Below, in pieces: positions 38,375 through 48,690 of a stretch of DNA of 64,000 nt; positions within the stretch are counted from its first letter, which is position 1, and every line of letters starts with the position of its first letter. The stretch is from Camelus dromedarius (taxonomy: Eukaryota). The translations under genes were made by a program, and so were the position numbers. The DNA is taken from contig NC_087436.1 in assembly GCF_036321535.1 (NCBI RefSeq), forward strand, positions 107,386,001 to 107,450,000. Direction: 5' to 3'. The notes beneath the pieces were generated by a model, which had not been told where the DNA came from, ran no database searches, and worked only from the letters and a program-made list of their open reading frames with translations.

Positions 38375-38718
38375 ATGATTATTTCATTCCATAAACACAT
38401 TATCTTTCCATTTGTGTCTTCTTCCATTTTTTTCTTCAATATTTTATAGCTTTCAGTGTACAGATCTTCCACATCATTGGTTAAATGTATTCCTAAGTAT
38501 TTTATTATTTTATTGTTATTGTAAATGAGACGGTTTTCTTAATGTATTTTCAAAGAGTTTGCTGTTAGCATACAGAAACGCCAACTGATTTTTGCATGTT
38601 GCTTCTGTATCCTGTGACTTTACTGAATTTATTTATTAGCTTTAACAGGTCTTTGGTAGAGTTTTCAGGATTTTCTATATATAAGATCATGTCATCTGCA
38701 AATAGAGGTAATCTTACT

Positions 38719-39849
38719 GGCAGTGCAGGCCAGTGACAGGAGTCTGGACTCGGGATCAGCTGTGGGGGCTGGGCTGTCAGCATGCACGCCTGCAGCTGCA
38801 GAGGCTAGCGCCGAGCACACACACATGGTGAGTACCCACGACAGGAGCCAGGGCCAACAGTATGCAAGTATTTGGCTGCAGGAGTTAGCTGCAGGCATGC
38901 AACAGTGAAGGCCTGTGTCAGGAGTCCGGCCCAGCCTCTGGTTCATGAGCAGCTGTGGGGGCCTGGGCTGTTGGTGTGCACTGATGTGGCTGTGAGGGTT
39001 ATCCACAAGCACATGCATGGTGGTGACGGTTGGCTGTGGGGGCCTGCACTGGCATCGTGCATACACAGAGGCAGAGGAAGGCTGCCTGCAGCAGAGTGAA
39101 TACCAGGACCCTGAGCCTGGGGCATGCCTGGCCACACTGACTGGGGGTGGATCTGGCAGGAGGTGGGGGCAGAGAGGGACTCAGGTAGCTGAAGTCTACC
39201 AATGCAAAAACCCAGGGCGCTCACAAGGGAGAAATGTGCAGGGGGTCCACAGTGGCTTGGCTGGCCACTGGTTTCCTCAGTGGCGGAAAGCAGCTGGAGA
39301 CCTCTGTGGAGCAGCCCCCTGAGTTCCGTGATGAAGTCCTCAATGAAGAAGTCTGCAGAGAATCCTCAGCATCCACAAGGGCTGTTAGAGGATGCTGGGG
39401 TCCTGGTCCTCTGCAGAACAGTCCACCAGGAGCTGCAGTCAGTCCCACCCTGTGACTGATCCTGGTAACCCCGATTTTCCTTGTTCCTGTACATCTCAAG
39501 ATGTCTTGCTAGACCAGTCTTTAAGTGTGGGTCCTTCATGCGGTGCCCAAAAAACTGGGGAAGCTGGCAGCTCACCCCAGCGAGGGGAAGTCTCTTGGTC
39601 CAGGGAGCTTCCTCGTGGCAGCGGACAGTGCCAATCTAGGGGATGGCATGATTCAGGCAAAACAGAACTGTCCTTTTTACCCTTTCTTTGTGGCAATTTC
39701 CAGGTGTTTTGCTTTGCTGTGACACTGAAGTTGCTTAAGGGGACTCCAGAGTGCTCCCAGAGCTACTTTCATTCATGGGTAGCAGTCTAATTATTGTTCT
39801 TTTTGGGGAGGTGGGGCCGGGGTCTCCTACTCCATCTTGGCGACATCAT
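38719..39849 (-). mobile_element. L1 5' UTR (GC-rich, CpG-decayed, internally repetitive)
   Basis: Minus strand begins tgatgtcgccaagatggagtaggaga, a YY1-type CAAGATGG L1 start; rich in TG/CA; abuts ORF2 on the same strand. Confidence 0.75.
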
Positions 39850-39904
39850 CCAACATCACTCTCTTATCTCACTCTCTGTGACTGTGGGTCCACCCAGGGG
39901 GTAC

Positions 39905-40130
39905 TGCTGCCAAGACATAGTGGGGGGAAAGCACAGAGCTTGAAGGCAGGGAAACCAGAGTTTGAATCTGGGCTCCACTACTTGTAACTGTAGGACCATT
40001 TGCAAATCATGTGTCCTTGTTTAAGTTATGTAACCTTATTTATACCATTTCCTCATGTATCAAATTGGAGTGATAATACCTGATTGGAACGACTGATATT
40101 TACATTAAAGACGGCATATGGCTGGTGTTC
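39905..40130 (+). mobile_element. MIR SINE
   Basis: gagtttgaatctgggctccactactt...catttcctcatgtatcaaattggagtgataatacc. Confidence 0.65.
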
Positions 40131-42618
40131 TAGGAATACTTACTGCTCCGGCTCCTGCTGCCCCTACTACTGTGGGTTATCGTCTAGCCTTTTACCTGAC
40201 ATTCTATTAGTTCTGTCTGATTTGGTTTGATGTTCAGTTCCTGTCAAAAATGTTGCTAAACAGGTGCATCTAATTGTATATTTATACAGCTAAGAGAGAA
40301 TCCTCACACACACACACACGTCAGAAAGCAATCTTGCCTTGACAGGAAGAAGGATAACGATACCCAATGGGTCTTTTCCATTTCTAATTTCAGTCACTCT
40401 GTGGTCCTGCAATTACTACAGCCAAACAATCAACTAAATGTAATTAAGCACAATTCCAAACATATTATGAAGTAATAAGGCCTTTATTTTTCATTGTGCC
40501 CTGAACACTTGTCTCATTAAAGATGTAGAAACAGAATTTAACTTGGGCCCCCAGAATGGAAAGTCAAAGGAATGAAAGAGAAGAGAAAAAGGCCTGGCTT
40601 TTTTTCCTGTTTAGCTCTGAAATGTATAAACACCTGCATCAAAATTTTAAAATGAGTGTGAATAGCCTCACAGTTGCCAAATCACATGGGGGACTCACCT
40701 TACGCAAGCCAGTCCTAGAGCACTTTATTCTTGAATCCTTTGAGAATGCCTGTAAGGATGTATCCGAAGTCGCTGATGAAATGCAAATGATCAAGTGTCC
40801 TGGAAAAACTAAAGATCTGTGTACCAAGATCATTGGGACACATCTTGATTGTCCCACCGTCTGGCAAATGTGTCTAACTCCACAGTTTTCCGAGTCCAGA
40901 CTGTGTGTGTAAACTGTAAAATTAATTCCAGAAGCATATCAATGAAAAGCAAGTCAGAGCATAGGTTTTTACCAAGTAGTTATGATATAACTCCTGTGCT
41001 ACATCATTAAATGAAATAATGAATGCCGCCCCGTCCTGTCATCTACACCACAGTGGACTGGGTAGAGGTACTATTATCTCTAACGATGAAACCCACTAAA
41101 ATTCACATAATGAGAACAGAACTAAGTTATGCATCTTGCCCAGCAGCTTCAATATACAGGCTAGTATAACAGCCACCAGGGTACGCTTTGTAAGGGAAAG
41201 CCAAACCAAGCAATGCATGCTCCTTCAAAAGGAAAAGACAGAACATCTCGCAATTAATTTGGGGGTTATTTTAATAGTTCTTTCATGAATTAGAGGCTGA
41301 AATTGGATGCTACCAAGCTCCGTCTCCCCAAATTAACAAAACCACAAGTTATTTTAAATTCTACATGTATCATATCTCACTGTTTGCCCTGCAACGTGCT
41401 CTAATTTTAATCAGCACAAGACAAAAATCTATTCTGTGTCCTCTCAGGTCTCTTTTTGTAGCTCTATTTAAATTTTCTTGGAAAACACCGAGCATAGCTA
41501 AATGTGCATCATTCTCTAGGCAAAACCATGTATGAATGTGGATTCCAAATCGTGTCCTTTCTGTTTTACCCTATATGGACATACATTAAAATTCCGACTA
41601 ACTTGGTGAGGGACAGTCATGAATAAACGAGAAAAAATTAGAAGTGTTTAAATCCAACTAGCTGGAGCTGACATTTCAGGATCCAGGGGAGGGTAACACA
41701 TTGTCTTTTTCTCCCAGCGCTTTACTTTAATGCAGCTTCTATTTCTTTTAGGAGTTAGAAGAATGTTGGGCTTAAACATCAAAGACAGATGACTCTTAAA
41801 AAGAAACATTTATCAGAAAAAAATACTAATTAGTTGCTGGAAAGCGGAGCTATGAGAATAAAGGAATTTGGGGTGAAATGAGCGATTAAAGCTAGAAAAC
41901 ACTGCTAATGAAGAATGGAATCTCCTTTTATGCATGCTGGAGCTTGTATACGTGTGTTCATTTTTCCCCAAATATCTAAGATGCTTAGATGAGCGACAAC
42001 ATGCCATTTACGTTGCCCAGCCAAGTTTTACCTTTGCCTCTTTGGGTTTGTGATATGAGACTTCTTTTCCCCTTACTCTCCTGTCAAAGGGTTATCATTC
42101 TGCTCTGTATCACAAAATGCCCACACTGCCGCTCCTGCTCTGACAAATGGAAGTTGAGGCTACAGAGGAACTACATCCCTGCCTGTGATCAGGGTTAAGA
42201 TGCAGTCAAGAGAAGCAAAAAGCAAGACTGCTTCTTGTTCCCCCAGGAGAGGCCACAGTATCCTGGCAAAAATAGGTAGGTTTTTCAGAACATGTCAGTG
42301 TTTCATCAAGGGTTTTGTGGCCCCAATCCAATACATTGGAATTCTCAGCACAACACCACCCAAGTCAGCATGAGGGTGGGGGAGGCACATGCAGACTGGC
42401 AGGGCCACAGCGTGTTGGAATTCTCGCGAAAGTGGAGCGGGAAGATGAGTGTCAGCAATCCTTCCTGCTTGTTAATTTCTAAATCTGTGCCTAAGAAAAC
42501 CCAAGGAAGGGATTAGGGCTCCAAGCACCAGACATAATAGGATGGAGATAAGTGACTTCTTTACTGTATCCCTTCTTCTCCAAACTTTAGATCACCGTCT
42601 TTCCTCTCTGCTCCCTCC

Positions 42619-42621
<3 letters not shown>

Positions 42622-42659
<38 letters not shown>
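42622..42659 (+). repeat. (CA)n microsatellite, about 19 units
   Basis: Directly visible. Confidence 0.97.
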
Positions 42660-42663
<4 letters not shown>

Positions 42664-42779
42664 TTTTAAAGTGATTCGGGAGAGTTTTACGTTGCCAACT
42701 CATCCCTCCACTTTCCAGCCCTCCCCTCAGCTAATCTAGAGCTTTCACGCCCCAAACGTCTTGGCCTCCAGATCAATGA

Positions 42780-43010
42780 TAATAACACTTATTATGTGTC
42801 CGGCACTATTCTTAGGGCCCTTTAGCCTTAAATCAATCACACATCACCTAACCACCCTGTGATATTCATCCTATTATCAGCCCCATTTTATAGATGAGAA
42901 AACTGAGTCAGTGTTTTTAAGCAGTTTGCCGATGATCAGGAAGCTTCTATGTTGTGGGATAAATATTTCAACCTTGATCTTCCAACTCCAGAGTGCACAC
43001 TTTTAATCAT
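42780..43010 (-). mobile_element. MIR SINE
   Basis: cccattttatagatgagaaaactgag...caactccagagtgcacacttttaa. Confidence 0.75.
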
Positions 43011-44558
43011 TTGTATTTAATTACTTGTATTACCAGTGTTCCTTCACTTTTTCTCCTCATCAAAACTTAATGTCCTATCAGCGTTACCGTGAATGAAACT
43101 AAGTCACGTAAAACTCCTGGACAGCGGCTGCCTCTATTAGGGGCTTGATTAATATCAGTTGTCCCCTCCTAGTCTCAATGGTCAATTATAACATGAACCA
43201 GCCCTGACATCTTCTTTGACTGCTAAATGTCCACCCCAAAATAACAGTGGTCTAAATCCCTAAGGAATGAAAATGATATAGAGACTCTCAGGCATGCTGG
43301 GAGATGGAAGAAGAGTCCTTCTAAAGCCTCAGAAGAATCCTGGTTATGGGTTTCAATGGAGGGGTGCATGCGAGAGCCAGGCGGGAGACAGCAAATGGTG
43401 TGGACCAGTATTTTCCTGCTGCCCATTTAGAGACGGGTGCCGTGGCCGCAGTGGATGCTCAATTCAGGGCCTTTACTCTGTCATTGCAAGGTGCTAGATA
43501 TGAAGGTTATTCATGCAATTAACTCAGGACCCGGACTCAAGTGATTTCTCAGAGCTGCTAGAGAAGTAAAGAGCCAATTACAGGGCAGTAGGATGAAGTC
43601 CAAAAAAAGAAAAAGCCACTTCTCATAAGCCATATGACTATGTCTCAACATTGATGTCAATGTTACCTAAAGTAAAATAAAAACCAAAGACACTTGTTTG
43701 GCATAGCCCAGTAAAGAGAAGACAGAGGAGTTTTTAGAACAGGAGGAAAACTGTTCAAATATATTAAGGGAAGAGAACCGAGGACGTGCATAGAAATGCA
43801 GAAAAATCCGGTGAGATTATACGTGAAAGCAAGTGGTAGAATGGTTCCAGGATTTGCTGTTTTTCTTATTGTTTTAATCCTTTTCTCTTTATTTTCACAA
43901 CTCAGACCTTCTGACCTCAGATATAAAAGAGGCCCCAGCTTCGGATCTCAGATATACCTGGGATTCTCCAAAGGACCTGTGGCCAGTGTCTCCAGGAAGT
44001 GGTTGACATGAAATTTTTTTTGACTAAAAAAGAAGATGCTGGAGGATTTGGCTCATGTGCTCAGAATAAAAGGTGCTGGAGAGAACAGGACAAGGTCTCC
44101 CTCAAGTTACTCACACCTGAGCCTCTGGAAGAACCGCTCCAGAGGAAATGAAGAAATTATTTATTAAAAGGACTCAGGTGTGGGGCCGCCAAACATACTG
44201 CAGGTCTTCGTAAAGAAACGATACTCCAGGTGTGGGTGCTGAAATAGCCTCACTCCCCCACAGGCGGGTTGTCCATGAGGAGCCACCACAGCAGGAAAGA
44301 CCCTTCCTTCTTCCCAGCCATATTCTGGCAAATCAAATAATTCATAGCCCTTTATTAGCATGGAAAGCACATTATCAGCAAGAACAGGGTTTAGAGAAGT
44401 TCCAACAGTGTGATGAATGTCCTCTGAGAATTGTCAACAAGGAGCCCGCAGAGGCTGAGACCTGGGTGAAAGGAATCTCCAAGCAGACCTGCTACTTTCA
44501 AGGGCCTCTCAGAGCGTAAACTCACGCTCACAACAGCGTCTAAGGGAACACATGGGTC

Positions 44559-44781
44559 GTACTGTGTAGCACAGGGAACTATATTCAATTTCTTGCAATG
44601 AGCCATAATAGAAAAGAAACTGAATATATATATTATTTATTTATATATATTATATATATATTATATATGTATATAATATTATACATATATAATATATATA
44701 ACTGAATCACTTTGCTGGACACCTGAAACTAACATTGTAAATTGACTCCACTTCAATAAAAATAAAAGAAGCATAATAAAA
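44559..44781 (+). mobile_element. short young L1 3' end with internal (TA)-rich expansion
   Basis: tagcacagggaactatattcaat...actgaatcactttgctggacacctgaaactaac...ttcaataaa; 12-bp TSD aacacatgggtc / aacacgtgggtc at 44547-44558 and 44782-44793. Confidence 0.88.
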
Positions 44782-44794
44782 AACACGTGGGTCC

Positions 44795-45935
44795 ACAAAC
44801 TGTAAACATTCTCTTTGTTACCAGATGTCATTAAGAAAATGAAAAGGGGGAGGATATAGCTCAGGGGCAGAGCACATGCTTAGCATGCACAAGGTCCTGG
44901 GTTCAATTTCCAGTACCACCATTAAAAATAATAAATAAATAAACCTAATTACCTCCCCCACAAGAAAACCCCCAAAACAAAAATCAGCCAAAAATAAATT
45001 TAAAAATTAAGGAAAACGAAAAAGCCAGAGACTGGGAGAAAATACGCACAACACCTGCTTCAGACAAAGGACTTGAACACAAAAGTGTGTGAAGAGTTCC
45101 CACAGATCATTATTGAATAAAAGACAGTTGTTTTTAATTGGGCAAAAGGCCTGAACCAAACGCAGTCACAAAAGGAGATCTACAAGTGGCAAATTAGCAA
45201 ACGATAAGGTGCTCAATGTCATTTATCATCAAGGAAATGAACATTAGAACCAAAACAAAATACTATCTCACGCCCAGCAGGGTGGGGTGGCCAAAATAAA
45301 ACAGATGGAAACCCCAAGTGTTGACAAAGATGAGGAGTAGCTGGAACTCTCATACAAAGTATCACTTTGGGAAACTCTCTGGAAGCTTCTTATAAAGTTA
45401 AACATACTCCTTATGACCAGATAATTCCATTCCTTGGTATTTACCATAGGAAAAGGAAAACACGTGTCCATACAACAAATTATGTAAGGATGTTGCTAGC
45501 AGCTTTCTCCACAGTAGCCCCAAGCTGGAAACAACCAAATGGCCACCAGTAAGACAAAGGTTAAACAAATACAATCAATATAGTTTAAATATTTTTTCAG
45601 CCATAAAAACAACTACAAACTGCACAAAATAAAATAGTCTAACCTCAAAAACATTACACTGAGCAAAAAAGTCAGACAGAAAATAGTACACATCATATGA
45701 TTTCATTTATATGAAGCACTAAAACAGACAAAATGAATCAACAGAAATAGAAATCGGAACAGTGGTTGCCTTTGGTTTTTCTAAGGATTGACTAGCAAAG
45801 ACATTCTGTGGTGATGGCGTGTTCAGTATCTTGGATGAGATGGTGGTTAAATAAGAGTATACATTTGTCAAAAGTCATCTAATTTTACACCTAAGTCTTA
45901 AATTTTATTATGCTAAATTGTGCACAATAAAAATT
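44795..45935 (+). mobile_element. old L1 (L1MC/ME) ORF2 end plus 3' UTR
   Basis: gccagagactgggagaaaata...gtagctggaactctcatac...ctggaaacaaccaaatg...gtggttgcc...catttgtcaaaagtcatc. Confidence 0.8.
44846..45005 (+). mobile_element. camelid tRNA-derived SINE (Vic-1 type), long-tail form, nested in L1
   Basis: gggggaggatatagctcaggggcagagcacatgcttagcatgcacaaggtcctgggttcaat; imperfect TSD attaagaaaatgaaaa / attaaggaaaacgaaaa. Confidence 0.92.
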
Positions 45936-46061
45936 AGCTTTGGATAAAAAAATTTTAACTGTAAGAAAAATATGACCCAAACCCAGATTTTACTTCATTT
46001 AAAACAATGAATGCCTCTGTCATTTGGGAACCGGTGCTCAGCACTGACAAGGTGCAATGCG

Positions 46062-46228
46062 TGTATCTGGGAGGAAAATTCTTCCTCCACCCTTTTAGGT
46101 TTAGCTCATGAGAGATGCAAATTAAACTGACAAAAGACAGATTAACAGGAGGAAAAAAGTTTTTTCATTCAAACAGGGAAGCCAACAAAAGAAGTAGCTG
46201 GTTTGTTATATGATTGAAGTTAGAGAAG
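46062..46228 (-). mobile_element. partial ERV1-like LTR
   Basis: aaattaaactgacaaaagacagattaacaggagg resembles ERV1/MER4-group LTR ends. Confidence 0.45.
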
Positions 46229-46244
46229 CAAGAAAAAAGTTACT

Positions 46245-46660
46245 TTAGACCATTACTGTCAAGAGAACACAAGTTATGTTTAATTTTGATTACAACAATA
46301 TAATTAGTGATTTTAATGAAGTGCAGACAATAAAAAATACATTCTTTAAAATAAATGTAAGGTTTACAAATTATAGATGTCTTTATTATTTATTCTTAAA
46401 TATTTGATCCATCAACAATATCCAGCCATTTGCAAAAATAATAAAATCAGTCATCTTTAATATATTTTGTCAACTTCCATTCATCTGAAAGTCACAGGTT
46501 TACACATATTTTTCCTTTTTGTCATCATGAAGGCACATTTTTCCAAGATAGGAAATACTACATATTTTATTTAATGATTTGTTATTTGATTTGTATCTTT
46601 CAAATAAATAGACAATGGTACTCGAGCCTCCACTTTGACTCCTGCCCGGGGCTCTGTACA
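46245..46660 (+). mobile_element. hAT (Tip100/Zaphod-like) transposase C-terminal remnant
   Basis: Frameshifted LLSREHKLC..FDYNNIISDFNEVQ resembles the end of a hAT dimerisation domain; subterminal ctcctgcccggggctctg. Confidence 0.55.
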
Positions 46661-47542
46661 TGGAAGGAGAGAAATGATAAATGCTCCCATTTGCCTGGAA
46701 CCCAGAGACCTGCTCTCTACTACGAGAATCACTTGGTGGAACAATCTGGTGTTTGCTTTAACAGGATAGGTCTTGCTCTCTTTGCTGTCTCTAGATCAGA
46801 GAGGCGACAACACCCCTGGGTTCTTCCTATGGTCTTCTTGTCTCCGTTGGGGAACTCTTGTCCAATGCAAACCCATGATGAGGGAAGAAGGAAATGAGGC
46901 TAGGGGGAAAGGGGACTCTTTTTTTTCCCATTTAATGGCTTTCTGTATTCCGTAAAGCAAGTAAACAAATCATTATGCATAAAGGAAAAGAATTACTTAC
47001 AGAGCAGTGAAACTTCACAGCCTTTCCAGCCCACAGAGGCAAAAGCATTTTCCATCACTGCTCAGAGAATTTCTGTTCCCAACCCCTCCTCTTCCTTCCC
47101 TGACCCAAATACAGGGTTTTTCCATGCAGTGCGGAAGAAACTGGGACCTTTTCGATGACTTTCTTGCTACTCATGCTCAACACTCTTCATTCCAGAAAGC
47201 TTCAAGAGAAGCTTGGAAAATTAATTTCTTCTGTCTTGGTCTAGATCAAATTATTCGGCAGGGTTACTACCTACCAATGCTCTTTGTAAACAGAGGGAAA
47301 AATACAATCCAAAGACTTATTTTCTCAATTTTAAGTGTTAATCATTATGAATTTTATCCAATTTTCCAGAACTGGATAATCTGACTGAGAATAAGGAACA
47401 ATTTTCTCTCTCTTGCTATGTCCCTCCCTACCCACTGTGTCCACACATCTGTGCTGCTGGCTCAGTAATAATGGTTTTAGGCTGGCAAGTTCCCCACTTC
47501 TTGAAAGGCAGAACATTGCCCAGAAGAGTCAGGGCCAGAAGA

Positions 47543-48090
47543 TGCTGGATTTACTGAGAAGCTAAGGAAGCTTGCTTCAGAAGTTCTCACTTGCACATAT
47601 CCGTTCCAAAGCCCTAGAAGAGGCCCTCACAAAATGTTCTCAAAGTCACGTGCTTTTGTGAAATTTGCAAAAGTGCTGCCAGTATCTCTCCAGTTTGACT
47701 CCTCCCACTGCACATACACTTGTGTTAAGGTGATGTTGAAATGGCTATGGGCATTTTTAAAAATCTAGCTAAGGGAAAGCTGACCTGGGATCCTTTTAGT
47801 TTGTGTTCAGTGGGATATGGTTATGTGATTTGCAGTCATTTCCATTTACAATTAAGCTGTCACTAACCTTCCAGTGAAAGTGTAAACTCACCTGGTCTGA
47901 TAATACGAAGGTCAGAATGAGACCGCATGAAGAAATGATGGCGTAATAATTTGCTGTGGGGCTTTTTTTTCTCATTCATAATGAGTAGCTACTTATATAT
48001 GTAATTTTACATGTATGAATTTATGTTCTTTATCCTAAAGATCTCCAAAATCACATAAAGTTCTGACCCCATAAAACCCAGATATGTCTC
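47543..48090 (+). mobile_element. hAT-Tip100 element (MER115/Zaphod-like)
   Basis: ggatttactgagaagctaaggaagcttgcttcag...ctcacttgcac...ccaaagccctagaagaggccct...tttgtgaaatttgcaaaagt. Confidence 0.65.
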
Positions 48091-48214
48091 TAACAGATGT
48101 TTAGTACATGTTTGGTGTTTAATTTTATTAAAAAATTAAATAGTTAAGGTAGTAAACTAAATGTCTGAATCTTTAAATACCACTTCAGGATATCAGAAAA
48201 GGCTGGAGAAAATT

Positions 48215-48690
48215 ACATACTTCAGAATCAGATAGAAATGAGTTTATAGCCTTCCTCTTAGTGATTTAAACTTGATCAGTCATCTGATTTCCTTGGGCCT
48301 CATTTTCCCCACCTATAAAATGAAGGTAACAGTGCTTACTTTGCGGAATCGCTCTGAGGGCGAAATGAGATGAGATACGTGTAGCACCGAATCACAGGGC
48401 TGAGCCTGCAAAAGGCATCTAGAAAAGTGTTGGAGGTGCAGTGTAGGGGTTGAACCCACAGACACTGAAATCAGAGCACCTCCTTTAAATTACAGCTCTG
48501 CAGCTAGTTCCCTATACAATCTGTGACAAAGCAATTTACCTTTCTGTGCCTCCGTGTCCTCATCATTAAAATGGGAATAAAATTGGTAGCCATATTATAG
48601 GGTAGTTATGAAGATTAAATGAGTTAATATTTCTAAAGCACTTAGAATGGTGACTTTGGCCCAGGGTATGCTATCCCAGTATATTAAATT
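48215..48690 (+). mobile_element. two tandem MIR SINEs
   Basis: gggcctcattttccccacctataaaatg and ctgtgcctccgtgtcctcatcattaaaatggg...atgaagattaaatgagttaatatttctaaagcacttagaa. Confidence 0.8.

Larger units (their letters stand above)
36618..38718 (-). mobile_element. L1 ORF2 (RT to C-terminal region), degenerate, carrying nested insertions
   Basis: ORF track fragments [15 protein letters not shown] (RT catalytic motif), KISKWDYINLK and LPKVNHRFSAIPIKI. Confidence 0.92.

Noticed and set aside
38692..39790. Dense cluster of overlapping ORFs as a gene or novel system
   Set aside because: GC-rich, stop-poor L1 5' UTR-like sequence yields ORFs in all frames.
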